The position numbers were made by a program, and so were the translations under genes. 64,000 nt of DNA from Vicugna vicugna (Eukaryota): contig MU058844.1 of assembly GCA_013265495.1 (NCBI GenBank), forward strand, positions 5,186,344 through 5,250,343. Reading direction: 5' to 3'. Under the pieces are notes generated by a model. The model saw only the letters and a list, made by a program, of their open reading frames with translations. It was not told where the DNA came from and made no database searches. Positions 25,844-40,840 of the stretch are shown here, piece by piece (positions within the stretch are counted from its first letter, which is position 1; each line of letters begins with the position of its first letter).

Positions 25844-26073
25844 ATGACTATAGCTAACAATGCTGTATGATAAATGGGAAAGTTGTTAAGAGAATAAATC
25901 CTAAGAGTCTCATCATACTATCCTTTTTATTGTATAGGAGAAGATAGGTGTTAGTTGAACTTATTGTGGTAATTGTTTTACAATACATATAAATCAAACC
26001 ATCCTGCTTCTATATGCCATGGACTTCAACACTGAGGCATGTCAGTTATTTCTTAATAAAACTGAGGGAAAAA
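25844..26073 (+). mobile_element. L1 3' end fragment (L1MA-like)
   Basis: gactatagctaacaatgctgtat...aagttgttaagagaataaatcctaagag...aacttattgtggtaattgttttacaatacatataaatcaaacc...aataaaactg plus A tail. Confidence 0.7.
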
Positions 26074-26119
26074 TACAGATAGTTTGTCACTTGTTCAAGT
26101 AAGTAATACTGGGTAAAAA

Positions 26120-26388
26120 ATAAGTTACATAAACATTACATTACTATTATTGACTCTATTTCCCAAGCTGTACATTTCATCCCCATGACATTTATTTTGT
26201 AACTGGAAGTTTATACCTCTTAATTTCCCTCACCTATTTCACTTACCCTCCATCCCCTCCCCTCTGGCAGCCGCCTGTTTTTCCTCTGTATCTATGACTC
26301 TGTTTCTGTTTTTTTGTGTTGCTCATTTGTTTTGTTCTTTAGATTCCACATATAAAGGAAATCATTTGGTGTTTGTCTTTGTCTGACA
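26120..26388 (-). mobile_element. L1 3' UTR/ORF2-end fragment
   Basis: tttattttgtaactggaagtttatacctc, cccctctggcagcc, tttagattccacatat match L1 3' end. Confidence 0.8.
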
Positions 26389-26534
26389 TTATTTTTTCAT
26401 TTTAAAATGTTTGTTTTCTTGTTTGTTTTGGCTTTTGTTTTTATGTGAATTGTGTATTATGTGATGTAATCCCAAACCTCTCTGTCTCTACCCATGTATT
26501 CTTTGATGGCAACCTCTCAATAACAGCAAGGAAC

Positions 26535-26760
26535 GGGAGCTCTAGAGTAAGACTTTCTGGATGTAAATTTGCAATTTCCAGTCTGTGTTAACTTTCTCCA
26601 CATCTCTGTGCCTCCTTTTCCTCATCTGTAAAGTAGGTATAACAAAATTATTTGTGTTATAAGATTATTATGACAATTACAGGACACAGTAACCTATGCA
26701 AAAGGACACAAAACCATAACAATTACGTAATAAATGTTAGCTATTATTTTTATTATTACC
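26535..26760 (+). mobile_element. MIR SINE fragment
   Basis: tctctgtgcctccttttcctcatctgtaaagt core and aataaatgttagctattatt tail. Confidence 0.7.
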
Positions 26761-28399
26761 TATAATAGTAGTCATTGTTAATTATGTTTACATTTTTGGG
26801 ATCCAAACTTTGAAACAGTAAAAAAAAGTAATGAGCAGATTTTACAAAAGAGTTGAATATTAATTATTTGGTAAATGTGGTATCAACAGTATTTCTGTGT
26901 AACTTTTATTTATAAACTAAGATTGTATTTTTATGTCTAATTACTTTTAAGCCACATTAATTGTCATCGGTGTGAAACCATAATTTCCAATAGCTAATTG
27001 CCATTTTAAATGAAGAAAGAGCTAGAGATTTTATAATAAAACAGTGACTTAAAAATCCAGAAAACTTAAGTGTTTGAAGTGCTGAACATATTTAACATGA
27101 AGAAAAAGATTAATCATTTAGGGCTAAAATGCAAATTTCAAAGAAAACAATGTTTATAATTCTAATTCTATGTCTATTACTAGATAAAAGCTTATAGAGC
27201 TTTTGCTGATAGGTCAGATTCATTACAAGTAGTAAAATATGCCCAAACTCTCACATAAATGCATGTGATTATGTTTAAAACATCCAAAGATGTTGAATAG
27301 ATTAACTATATTAACATGTAATACCGTAGAAAAGCACAGAGGGGCATGCCTAAATGCAAGCTATTCCATTTGCTTAGATAAATAGAATTCTTAATGCAGT
27401 AGAACCACAGATGATTGCGAGAGTAAATTTTACATTTCTGCCTAAATATTAAAAAGTTTGTGTGAAATGAAGTTTCTTTCCTGATTCATATCAATTTGTA
27501 AGGTAGGCAATTCAGTTTGCTACAGGAAATATATCCTTATGAAGCATAACAAAATTCAATTTACCAGTAAAATCCATTTAAATTAAAATCAAAGACTAAT
27601 CTTCATATAATCTTTTTCTTGTATCATAATGATGAAAGATGAATAGATACCTGCAATGAACACTGACTTATCCTGATTATTTTCATTTTTATTTGATAGA
27701 AATTATCTTCTACAGGGAAGAAAAAGTATATGGAAAGGTCACAGTGCTTCTTGCAACCAGTAAACTTATTTAAGCTATCCTAGAGAAATGAAATAACATT
27801 CACATTTTTTTCAGAGTCACAGAGAATGTAACCGCATAATGATGTTCTTTAAAACCTAGTCTGAGATATATAAAAATTTTCCATTTCCAACAAAATTCTC
27901 CTAAACAACGGTGGAAAATTGCTAAAAGTGCCACCTTTCTGCTGATTGTATAAAATATGGTATATAGTGGAAATTGACAAGATCTTCCTAGAAATTATAC
28001 TAAGATGCAAATGGACAAAATATTTAAGGAAATATTAAAGAACAAACATGAAATTACACTACTGGATATCAAATTTTATTATTAAGTTATAGCATTTGAT
28101 GATTTTGAATAGGGAAATAATCTGAACTTACGTATAATCGTAAAAATATCACTCCGGTTCCTGCCTAAAAACAAACCAAATGAGGATTGGAGTATATTCT
28201 AGGAGAATGGGTAGGAAGTTTTATGATAACCAAGGAAGAACATGAAGATGGTGATTTCTAGCTTGGTAGTTTTCATGCAGTTGATTAAAAAATAGTGATA
28301 TTCTGATTATATTTTGAAGCTACAAGGAATAAAATTTGCAGAGATAGTGAACATTCAATGTAATAAAATTGAGAAAAAATAATAAATCTACCACTGTCT

Positions 28400-28760
28400 T
28401 TTCCCTTAGTCATAGTTATTTATTATCTTCTTACACACAAAATTTACTCACCTGCTTCTCAAGATTCTCTAATTGTTGCTCAGGATCTCACAGTCTACAT
28501 AAGGTCTGGAATCAGTTATTTTTATATGGAGACATAGTAACTAAAAAGCCAAATTATTCTCCACCATACTCCACCAAATTATTCTCCAATATATGATTGT
28601 GGAATAGGGACAGAATAGCTGCAATAACACTCATTTGAGAGGAGGAGAAATGCGAGACATTGGAGCCACTGCTCCCTAGGAATTCTGACATCCTTCTGGG
28701 CAAACATTATCATGTAGTCTCAGTCTTGAGGTACAGAGTTTTCTTGACCAAACCCCAGTT
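28400..28760. mobile_element. Degraded MaLR (MLT1-type) fragment
   Basis: Blocks such as gtggaatagggacagaatag...gagaggaggagaaat...actgctccctaggaattctgacatcc resemble MLT1-related sequence. Confidence 0.4.
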
Positions 28761-31700
28761 CCACTTCCTTGATCTTACATTTCCCTATTTAGTATTTTCT
28801 ATTTATTCTTAGCCTATAGTTAAGTGGAGGACCAGAGTTTTCTGTTTGTTTTGCTTGTTTTGCATATCTTGAAAGAACAGGTGAAATTCTCACAAATATA
28901 CATCTCTTGCAATGTATTGTTTTATAGGTTCAATGTAGGTGCCACTGTAGGTGCCAAAGCCTCACCTCTCTATCTCCCCTGAGAGAGTTTACTAGCATTA
29001 AGCAGTAATGGTGCATTAGGGAAAATGAAATTCCTGGTCATTTCTCAGGTTATGAAACACTGGTCCCAAGTTGTTACAAATCCCTGTTCAATCAAAAGTA
29101 CCACAAGGGATAATAAGCTTTATGGGGATGGGGTGATAATGGAACTTTGCCACAAATTCATTTTATTGTAAGAATGTGTATCAACACAAATATGCTTTCA
29201 TTCTTTTCCCAGTTGTCAAATAGAAATATGCAGCAGAAATATTCTGCAACAACAGCAGAATACCCAGGTTGGCTACCAAATTACATCGTGAGAGCTGTTA
29301 TTAAAGGATGACCAAGGGCAAGTCTCTGGAATCTCACCTTCTCACACTGAAATAGTAAATTAAAAGAGCACTGAAGACTTCTGTTTCTAGGTAGGTTTAG
29401 TAAGTAGCAGCAGGCCATGGCTTCTTCCTCAATAACTAGGAAAATTGTACAAATTACAGAAAGCATATTTTCAAAGGAATGAGATAGCTATGAAACACAG
29501 AAACTCTAGATAAAAAATTTCAGTGAGGAGCTAAATTTTCCTGAGTGAGCTGATAAACTACAATCTTTTTTAAACCCCTGTGGATATTTGCTGATTCTGG
29601 GCACAGGCTGTGGATCAGACTTAGCTCAAACAGAGAGACTCTATTAGGGGAAAGAGAAACCAGAAAGTTATTAGTTGACATGTGCTACTAGAATAACAAA
29701 GCAGAAAACTTAGGCAACTCAAATACTTGACCAATTCTCTCCAGAGGATATTTTCTGAGTTCTGGGACTATATGGGAGTCTGGGGAGTTAAGAGAAATTT
29801 TCTGAAAGGTAGACTGAAATGTCCTGCTCTCTATGGTGTTTAGGAAACAAAACTCCTGCTGGGGGAAGCAGCTGGACTCAAGTACATGGCTGGAATGCCT
29901 TCAAGATACTTGCCAGATTTTGAACCTTTATGAGAGGGAGATTGTGAAGCTTGGCTGGGAAATTCTGAGGGCAGAGCTTGAAGTTTTGCTTTTAAAAACC
30001 TCAGAGTTATCCCTATTCTTTTATTGGCAAGTAGGTCATTTTGATATTTCTAATAATAATGAAAATAGGTTTTGAACTTTTTCAAATATTTCCAAATAAT
30101 TCTGAAGCTCTGATTTGCAAAGAGCACATACATTGCTAAAGGAATCACCTTGCACCTAGCTTGGAGGCCACTAAAGACACATGCACCCTAAACAGACACA
30201 GATCTCTGCTTTACGTGGACTTGGAGTTATAGCCTCCATCAGCTTCTCAACACTTGCTATTCACTAGGTCTAGGGTGTGCTTCCTCCTGCTTTGTGCCTC
30301 GGTCCTTCTCATTTTGAAGATTTTAGCTTGCTTATCATCTCCTCAAAGAAGCTGTAGCTGACCAAATTATAGGAGGTATTTTACCACTCATTTTCTGCTT
30401 AAACATTCTGTGTATTTCCTTCTAATCTCCTTTAACAATTTACAGGTGGTAGATATTTTCTGGCTCCTATATTCATTTTCTCTTGCAATTCCCTCTCTTT
30501 AAAATTAGCTCCATGAAGTTAGGGATAATTTTTGTGTCTTTCTCCTTAGCACATGTCCACAGCCCCTAGCATGTGTTGTATACAGAATAGTCACTGGATA
30601 AATACTGGTTTAATTAACAAAATGAATCAATAAGTATTATTGTAAAATACATGTTGTGACAGCCAATTCCACTTTATTTTTGCCATATACATTTTCCACG
30701 ATTTTTGAACTCATCTAGGTTACATGTTTTATTATTCTGTCCACGAGAAAAACATTCACAAGTACAATATTACAACTTTACATTGTAATAGTACAATTAT
30801 ACACAACTTTTAACATGATACTGGGTTAAATAATGACTCTAGAAATAGACCTTTCTCTGAATATAAGTGGTTATCATAATATTGCTTTTTATAATCTTAT
30901 TAAATAAGCAATATATTTATTACATATTATTTATAATACTTTTTTTAGATTAAAAATCCATTAGTATTTTCTTACTTTTCAGTTTCATATTCCAAGAGAT
31001 AACAGTGCATGGAATTCCTGTAGTGTTATTCATGACTAGATGTCTGTTTACAGCTATCCCTTTGATAAAACAGGTCAGTGTTAAGCTTCAGTAGGCTGAG
31101 AAATTTAACATGATTAGTTCTCATTAATGTCAGAGTTAGCTTTTTCCTTATAATGGCAGATCCATTCATGAAAGATTCTTGCAGAACCCAAATATCTGTC
31201 ACACAGTGATTGTCCTTTCTTGCATCATTAACTTCAGGTCAACTAAGAGAATATTAAAGAAAAAGTAGAACAAAGAATTAAAGTCTAGAGGCTTAAAACT
31301 AAGTATATAAATTGAACAACTTCTATGAAATAGGTACATATACAAAAATAACAGTTTGTCTTCTAGATGCAGTTAATTATAGTTACTAAATAGTATCTTA
31401 TTTTCATTGATATTAGAAATATGTGTTTAATTTTTAAAGATCAGGAAATATGCAAAAATGCTAGATAACAGTCAACAACAAATATAAAAGTCAGTGAAAA
31501 TGACCATTAGTATGTTGCAATATTCTTTTTTGCCCTCACTACTGGCCTGCCCAAGGATGACCAAAACAAAATCACACCCTTGGGATTCCCATAAGCATTT
31601 GTTGAAGGAAAGCTTCCAGGAATATATGGGGTTCTGTTAAAAAAACAAAAAAAAAGTAGATTGGAGGCCTGGCATTGTGATTTTGACATAAAAATAGTGT

Positions 31701-32601
31701 GACTCACAGGTTGATGAAGGCTTTAATAGATCAGGTATAAACCACTTTATATCTTGCATTTTTCATTTGAGATTTAATGAAAATACTACTTCACATAGTA
31801 TAATTATGATAAAATTTGATGGATTTATGTTTACATTTTAGATATTATAAATGAAATTGGAATAAGAATATTTAAATCTATGTCATTCTTGGAATTTCTG
31901 ATTGTTTACAAAGGGAAAAGTGCCGATAAAAGAAATACATGCTAATGAAAGTGAAAAATTGACATATATTGCTGAGTTAGCACCATGAAAGTTTCAATTT
32001 CATACTTCTTTTAGTAATTATGATGGGAAAGTTTTAAAACAATCCGTATCAACATCAGGTGCCATTCTTTTTTTTTTCCTACCATAACGTAATTGACATG
32101 TGAGGACTTGAACTATATTAAATTTGGTAATATTGATTTCAACTTATGTTAAATATTTCTCAAATATGCATCTGTTATTTGGTCATTTTTGGTCACTTTG
32201 ATTTATGTTACAACTTTCTATTGGTATGCAAAGACTAGGTCCAGAGGCTGACCCTTTTGCCACTAATTTGGACTATATTGGTTTATAACAGATCATGAAA
32301 TAAAATGCAAGAGATATTCTATAAGCAAACTAATGGGCTTTGCTCTATCAACATGGACACAATTAAGTGAGGTGTAGGAATGCTAAATAGGAGAAAATGT
32401 AACACCATTGCAATTAAATAGGAGAAAGAAGATAATTTCATATTTATTAAAGACCAAATTCACTATAAATATCTAAAAACTTATATTCAATAAGTAATTT
32501 ACAACTATATATGTTAGATGTCTTTAAATCAGGAAGATATAACAGGACATAATTGTGGATATTTCACACGAAAGTAAACACACCACTCTTCACCAAAGAC
32601 C

Positions 32602-32625
32602 TATATATATATATATATATATATA
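32602..32625. repeat. (TA)12 microsatellite
   Basis: Read directly. Confidence 0.95.
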
Positions 32626-33415
32626 GTAGAACAAACATCATATAATAGTGGATTCAGTATTGCATGACAGGTGAAAGGGGATTATCACATGGGGCAGGTA
32701 GCTTTAGCTTCCACACTGGGTGTTAGTCACTAGTATAACTTGAAAACCAAGTTGAACTTAGTTTTCATCTGGGATGTGGTCAGTGTTCTATACCTCTAGG
32801 ACAGCCAAATGAAGAAGTTGACTACATAGTTGAATATACAGAGCTTGTAGTTCAGAAGAGAAATGTGGACTTAGGTAATTGCTTGAGGATAGAAAATAAA
32901 TGAAATAAGAGCTGTGCTTGAGATAACTAGAGTGAAAAATACAGAGTAGTGACCTCAGACTGGTGGTTCTACACATGCATTTTATTTGGCCAGTGTTATG
33001 TTTAAAAAATCAGCATGTATAATTTTAGGTAATTTTATATATTCTCCAGGTAGGAAGGTTTTCCCTCCATCTGTTGTGTCTTACCATGGGTGCCTTTTTA
33101 TATTATCTGCATGTCTCCTGGAGTTATGTCAGTTCTCAAACCTTGTTTAAGATGAAAAAAGAAAAAAAAAAAGATAATCTTAGGTCTTAGCACTGGGAAA
33201 TTCAAACTGTATGCATTTGATTTGTGAGTGTAACATATTTTAGAACAATCCCTATCAAAATACCTATGGTGAAAGATCAGGCCTTATTTTGTATTTTATA
33301 CATTTAAATATATATTTAATGACTAAACATTTGTATTTAGTGAACATTTAATATTAATACATTAAGTGTTATGTATATTTCAACATCAACACATTGAGGA
33401 GTGACATTTCATAAA

Positions 33416-33891
33416 TATATTAGGTTTCTAGGGTTGCTGTAGTAAAGTACCACAAAGTGAGTGCCTGAAACAACAGAAAAATTTTGTCTCACTTTTGTCT
33501 AGTTCTGGAGGCTAGAAGTCTGAGATCAAAGTGTCAGCAGGGTTGGTTTCTTCTGAGGGCTGTGAGGGAGAATCTGTTCCTTGCTAGCTTCAGGTGGTTT
33601 GCTGGCAATCTTTGGTGTTTCTTGGTGTTCAGAAGCACATGATCTCTGCCTTCATCCTCACACGGCTTTCTCCTTGTGTGTTCCTCTATATCCAAATTTC
33701 CCTTCTTATAAGATTACCTGTAATACTGTATTATAAGATTACCTGTAAAATTGCATTCGTGCCCACTTATTGCATCCTAAGTAACTTACACCTGGAAAAG
33801 TCTTATTTCTACAAAAGGTCACATTCTGAGTTACTGTTGGTTAGAACGTCAATTTACGAATTTAGGGGGGAACACAATTCTACCCATAAGA
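33416..33891 (-). mobile_element. MLT1C-like MaLR solo LTR with 5-bp TSD ATAAA
   Basis: Classic agttctggaggctagaagtctgagatcaaagtgtcagcagggttggtttcttctgagggctgtgagggagaatctgttcc block; ATAAA at 33411-33415 and 33892-33896. Confidence 0.85.
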
Positions 33892-36800
33892 ATAAATTAT
33901 GATAATAATGTCATAGGAATGTCAGTCTGCTATAAATGTTTCTAAATGCTTCCTCTATTTTCTATACTTATTTCATTCCTGACCTGTGGTTAAGAATATG
34001 TGGATTGGTTCCAGGGAGCAAAGCGCACTTAGAATAGCACTGATCAAAAAATACAAAAAGTGTCTAAAATTCAGAAGGCTAGAAAGAGTAAATTACAATA
34101 AATATATATCAGAAAATATTTTCCTTATGACATTGAGTATCTTTTCCAGGTAAGCTGTTGCCTCTAACTTCTGTCAGAGGCAATCATTATACCCTGGTGT
34201 TCTGGGATTCTTTCTTCCTTTTGAAGCCATGCCTCCAGATTTTCACTTTTCCTACTCAACTAGCCCTAGAGAAATCTTTGCTACATTAGTTTCTGACTTA
34301 ATATCACTGTTCACTCCAGATGGAAGTCATAGCTTTTCTTATCTTTGCTTCTCTTCTTCTAATCTAACTTCATGTCTCTGTATAAGGAGCTGTGAGTGGA
34401 GATTTTTCTGGATCTATGTCATTTTTCAGAGGTAGTACTTTTTCAAGATGGGAATATGAGTCATCCTAAAATATCTTTTGGTCTAGTATAATCTCCATTG
34501 TAGCGAAAATGTCTTTAATTTTATGACACATGCATGATACTCTGTTTTCCTGTTCATCTGTTTTCCTGTTAATGTTCCCTCCCAATCCGGGATTTTCTTT
34601 TCTATGAGAATCCGAGAAGAAAAATAAATATCTATGCTTATATGACTCTTAGAAAAACAGGTAATTTTTCCTTTAAATCAGTCTGTCTTGAATCAATCAT
34701 TTCTTCTTTAAAAACGTCTTCATATCAGTCTATTTAGTAATCTATTTTGTGTTTCAGAAAAATGTATATCTTTCCTGAAGTTACAGCGTTTCTAACATAG
34801 TGATTCAAAATTATTACTTTAAACTTTGAAAAGTCCAATTGTAAAAGTTATAAGAATATTTTAGAACAGGAGTAAAATGTCATACATAACAATAATGTTC
34901 TAGTATCAAAATGTAAAGTGGCCTGTCAGTTTCATATTGAAGTTAAAAAATAATAAAAAGAACAAGTTGAATTATAAAGGCATATAAGTAGTTGTAATAA
35001 GTATTTTCATTATACAAATAGTAGAAATACTGTTTCATAGGGAAGTCTCATGAATACTTTAAAATATTTACTATATCATTAGTAGGACCACTAGGACTAC
35101 AAAAGAAAAAACACTCTTACTTTGTGGAAAAAACAAACTTAGTAGTGTTGTATAAATTATTAAAAGAATACAAATCAACCAAACAACCAACAATTTTTCC
35201 CCCAAACGTAAGGAATAGTCATTTTTGAATATATTCTGAAGCAAGGAGGGTACAGGGAAGTACTATTATAAACATCTGAATCATTTTGTAGCAGCAAGAA
35301 AAAATCCTAAAAAGTAAAAATGCTAATTTTCACATTAGAATATATAATGTTCTGTTATAAATGCCTAGAATGCAGTGATTCAGTCGTTCTAAGCCCAGCA
35401 TCTCCACATTTGGCTCCCAACTTATTCTTGGGGAAGAAAAGGAATAAAAACAAGTAAAGGAGAGAGGGGAGGAAGAGATATAGTAGCAGGAACATGTGAC
35501 TCAGTGAAAAGCAATATGTTACATTATGTATGGGCATGGGTGAGCTAATTCCAATGACTTATGTCTTCTCATTCCTGCAGAGAACACCATCCTATACTTA
35601 GCAGGAACATAAATGCTGCAATTAGGTGTTTATTCTAAAGTCAAGCTTACTACTCCCTAGTTTATATTTAACTTCAGATATTTTCAGTATACAATCCCAT
35701 GAAGAATCTTTGTACGTTAGTACCTTGAACATGGTTAATAAATGAAATGTGTATAGCACAAAATTAGAAAGAAATAGTTCTATTTTTCTTAGAGCTTTCA
35801 TGGAGGCCGGATGCAGCTAGTCCAACATCAGACTAACAGCTGACTGAAATAATGAATGTAGAATACTAATTATAGAGCCTAGCATAATATGAGCATTCAA
35901 AATATAGCAAAGCAAGCATGTTTACAATGTGAAAAACAGACTGAAAAAAAATACAAAGAACAGCTCTGAATCAAAAATTCATAGAATGGCCATTAGGGGG
36001 CCAGAGGCGATGTAAGGCAAGAATGATAGTTGCTTCTACTTTACTCAGACCTGGAGAGTTGAAAGAACCAATTGAATGAATATGCCCCTGGGCATGTTTT
36101 AGCACAAGTTTAATAGGATTATCTTCTTTAAATTTATTTCCTGAGCATAGTGTCACTTTCCTAGGAGTTTTGGGCATAATTCAGATGTAGAGACTTCACA
36201 TTCTCAGAATACATCCCTTTTCTCCTTTCTTTGTATCTAGATACACTTCTTTTTCTCCAAATTATCTTTATTCCAGTCACACACATTTGTTTAGCAAACT
36301 TCTACTTATCTTTCTCAATGGAATTCAGTATTCCCCTGGACAATGATATCCTATCATGTGATGTTCCATTGTTTATTATGGTGCTTATCACAGTGTTAAA
36401 ATTATTAGTTTACATATATATCTCCTTCAGAAAACTCTGGTTCTAAGGAAGTCAGATACTATCATTCATCACAATATCCCCAGATAATGTAATTTGAATT
36501 TCACTCAGTACTGGTACATAGTTTGACGTAAAATATAAGCTTAAAGAATGAATGAAAGCTTCATTTCATTGTAGCATAGAAACAGGTTCTGATATGAGAG
36601 GATTGATTTTATAGATGATGCTGAAGATAGAGACATACAAAGTTAAGATGAGAAGATAATAAATACAAATATGACATTGGTAGAGTAGAGAGCATGGATC
36701 TGTGCACATTTAAGTACATATTCCATGATATCCAGAGAAGGGAGGGAGGGAAGAAATGGGGAACTATTACAAGTAATATGTAATGAAAATACAAGAAATC

Positions 36801-37039
36801 ATAATGGTCCCAACCCCCACCCCACCTACCCCTACCCCTAGAAAAGAACTGAAGTGAATGATGAGTGCCAGTCTGTGAGAAGCATTCCTGCTAACCAACA
36901 ATACCCTTGTGTAATATCCTCGTGACATTTTAGCTGTGTTGTGTCTCTGGTTACTAAAGATGAACTTGCTCATGTATTTGACTGCTTTGAGTGTCTGTAC
37001 TTGGAATGTGATTCCTAAGGCAGCAAGGGGTGAGGGATT

Positions 37040-37282
37040 AAGTACTGATACCTGCTACAACATGAATTAATCCATAAAACATTATGCTAATTTAAAGAAG
37101 CAAGTCACAGAAGGCCAAATATGGTATGTAGATTGAGAGTAGATAAGTGGTTGCTGGAGATAGAGGTGATGGTTGCATGACTGTGAATGTATTTTAAAAA
37201 AAACCAAAACACTAAATTACACACTTTAAAAGGATGAATTGTGTGATACTGAATTGTATGCCAATAAAGCAGTTATAAAAAA
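37040..37282 (+). mobile_element. L1MB-type 3' end fragment
   Basis: gtactgatacctgctacaacatgaat...aaacattatgctaa; ggtgatggttgca; acactttaaaaggatgaattg...caataaagc plus A tail. Confidence 0.75.
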
Positions 37283-40179
37283 TTGGGTGAAAGCAGTTTG
37301 GTGCATGATCAGACAATAGAACAATTAGTTAAAATCAGGACTCAGGAGGAAAACACATGGCATGAGTAAAGCTCTATATATCTTCTCCTTAGTTTATGGT
37401 GCCCTGTACATTTGAAAGAAATTTTTTAATAATACCAAACATTTCAAAAAATAATTCTTGAAAATTTCTATATTCCCATTATCATAATATTAGAAAAAAC
37501 TATTACCAAATTGTCCTAATTGTTTCAAGTCTTTTATTTATAAAAGAAATAAAATATTTCACAATAATATAAATGCCTTTTCAATCAAAAGCCTGAGTTT
37601 ATATTTCTACTTTGTTGGAAATCAAGATTTTTAAAATTATTTTTAAATAATATGCTTAAGTTATTTGATCCTCTAATCTATATTTTTCTGATGTTTTACT
37701 GGGCCATAAAAAGGACAAGTCAGCCACCAATTATTAACATTAATATTTCAAACTGCCAGTTGAGGTATATGCGTTGCAAAGTATAAAAATAAAATGCTCA
37801 TTTAAAAATGTGAAAGTTAATAAAAACACTGCTATCAATCTATATTAGGAGAGGCAATGACAGCCTAAAAAGATCTATTTATGTCACTGCAAGAAGTTTA
37901 GAAAAATCCTTAAATTCTTGAGTAGAGTAATATGAATAATAAGAAAATTGACTGTACCATTGGGAAGATGGCAAATGCTTGATTTTTCTTTCAATCTCTT
38001 CTAGCTCTCTTAAAGTGTTAGTTTAGAATAAAAAAGGAAAGCCTAAAGGGGGAAAAGAAAGAAGAATTAGTTAAATAATATAAATCAAATATTATTTTAT
38101 TTTAATAGAGCAATAGTTTTGAAACAGAGGAGCAAGAACTGTAACTTAGTTTCCTAAAATTCAAGTTAAGTTTAATTTTGAGCTTCTATCTTTCCAGTCT
38201 GGTGAGAAACATAGACTATCATTTGTAAATATCTCCTTTTCTCTTCATATACTAAAATCAATCAAGGCATTGGGATTTCAGTACTCCAGAATAAGCCCCC
38301 TCATATAAACCATGTGACTATCATGTAAAAGTATATTTTATAAAATGCAAGGTGGATCTATTTTGAACACTTACTCTACTACGTAACCTCGGTGTCTCTA
38401 ACAGGCTGGTGTCAAACTTTAGAGAGACATTTTAAAGAGCTAAGACACAGGCAAAGAACATTCGTCTTCAGAAGATATTTAAAACATCCCATGATCAACG
38501 TGAATTCTCAGATCCAGCACCTGTCTGAGGCCTCTGTTTCAAATGGCCACAGGGGAAACTTCACAAGACTGCCTGTGGCTCTGCCTGGTGGTAAAACACG
38601 CATCATATCTCTTTGAATTCTTTCGATTCACTGGCATTGTGAAACTCTGTCTCAGCCGGGTGACTGTAGAGTCTTGCTGAATTCTCTTAGCACTCTGGGA
38701 AGCATGGTCCAGTTTCTCTCACTCCCTTTTCATCCAACTTCTCACCCCATGTCCCTGCTTATTACTCCATAGCTTCCTTGCCTTCTCCAAATCCAGACTG
38801 GGGAATCATCTTCTAATCCAGTGTAGAACCTACACTTGCTATGCCTGCTCATGGCAAGAGACAGACAGATGTAGATATATAGATGTTTTTCCTACTCAGA
38901 TGCCTCTTCTAGACACAACTTTTGGCTGTTAGAAAAACAAAAAACACAGTAAGAATCATAAGCTATTTTTGCTTTTTATCTTGTCATCTAAATTCTTGAA
39001 TTTGGAAAATAAAAATGCTAATATAATGCACTAAAATGTAACATTATATAGATAGAAATAAATAATAGATTTATGTCTCAAAATATTGCCCAGACTGAGC
39101 TAAGGTATGTGGTTTATAACGTTTTAGACATGTAATAGGTTATTCTCAATTTGTGTAAATAAATGTGCTTCTAAGAACATTTAAGAAAGTGAATCCATAA
39201 GCAAGAAACTTACATGTTTAATGAAGAATTTGTTTCTACAGAACAAAACCTATTCTAATAGCCATAATCAGGTTTTAACATTGTTTTTAAATTTGTGTTG
39301 TATGCAATACATGTGCAATGCCTTACAGAATATTAAAATATAAACATTAAACATAATAAAATACTTTAAAAAACACTTTAAGTTTTATTTTTTTCAGTTA
39401 ACTTGAAATTTAGTAGATTGAAAAAACCTACTTCCATGTTAGGGGAAAACTTATTTACGTGATTTTTGTACAGGATTAATCAGAGAAGCAAAAAATATTT
39501 GCATGGAGATTGTGTTGATGTTTTTGGTGGGTTCTTAACATATTTCCTTACATAGTCAAGACAATTTAAAGGCCAGATTTATTTTCTTTAAAAAAATCTT
39601 CTTGGTTTTTGCTCAGAGTTGTAGAGGGCTGAAGGATTACCCTCATCCATGCAACAGTGATAAACCTGGACAAATGGCACATTAATTACTTTTCTTTAAC
39701 CCATGAGATAGCTGAAATTGCAGGGCAATTAATTAATCTAAAATTTCAAGAAAGAGAGCCACCTGCAGCAAGAAAGAAAGTGCTCTCATTTGCTTACCTG
39801 GATAAGAAGCATAGGTTAAACATTTTAAACAAGTTGCTAAAGACCAAGTAAGGCTAGACTAGTGTGGGGAGGAAGTCCATTGAGGCTGTTGCCATGAAGG
39901 AGGGGTTCACAACCTTTTGCAGACTCTCCGTCCTTGAACTCAGATCAGGAGATCACAGAAAAAAATTGGGAGAATCCAAAAGAGTTCTTTTGCTGGTACG
40001 GTTGAGGAAGTAGAACAGCGATAATTCCTGAAACTTTGACCAGATCCCATCTTCTCTGTCTCCTAATCAGAATAAAAGATTTCATCTGTGGAGAGAAAAA
40101 CACTAGAAACTGCTGCCTTAAGGCTTTGGTGGAGACTCCTTGCAGCTGATGGAAGGAAAGATACCAATGCTAAATAGTA

Positions 40180-40840
40180 TCTTCCAGAAATAGAAGGGAA
40201 ATAAACAATTCTCAACTTGCTCTATAAAGCCAGTATTTACCTAATACCAAAACCAGACAGAAGTATTAAAACAAAGGGAAACTACAGATCAATTTACCTT
40301 ATGAAAATAGATGCAAGAATCCTCACCAAAATATTAACGTACTAAATTCACCAGCATTTACAAGGATTAATATGTCACCACTAAGAAGAATTCATCCCAG
40401 GATTGGAAAATGGGTTCATCATTAACAATTCAATGTGATTCTCCGTATTAATAGACTAAGGAAAACTGCCATATGATGAGCTCAAGTAATGAAGAAAAGG
40501 CATTCGAAAAAGTTCCACACTCATTCAAAACAGATACTCTTAGCAATGAAGAGATTTTAACATAATAAAGAACATATTTTTTTCCTCAGTTCAGGAAGAA
40601 GACAAAGACTGTTCACTCTTACCACTGCTGTACAACATCATACTGGAAGTTCAAGCCAGTGCAATGAGGCAAAAAATAGAAAACAAAATTTGTATAGATT
40701 GTGAAGGAAAATATTAAAATGAATCTGCACACAGATCATTTTTTCGATATAAATAATCCCAAAGTGTTTATTTACAATGGCTAATGCACTTAAATGTGCT
40801 TCCTAGGATATGTGGTCAAGATACAAATCAACAACATAGC
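40180..40840 (+). mobile_element. Degraded L1M ORF2 (RT region) fragment
   Basis: ctaataccaaaaccagac...aaactacagatcaatttaccttatgaaaatagatgcaagaatcctcaccaaaatatta corresponds to LIPKP...[19 protein letters not shown], with many lesions. Confidence 0.8.

Noticed and set aside
28446..28454. Consensus minus-strand donor CAG|GTGAGT
   Set aside because: Lies within a probable MaLR fragment with no supportable exon.
33706..33748. Short local tandem duplications (also near 28549-28588, 28933-28956, 34540-34570, 61027-61049)
   Set aside because: Ordinary 11-25 bp slippage or repair duplications with no shared sequence or pattern.
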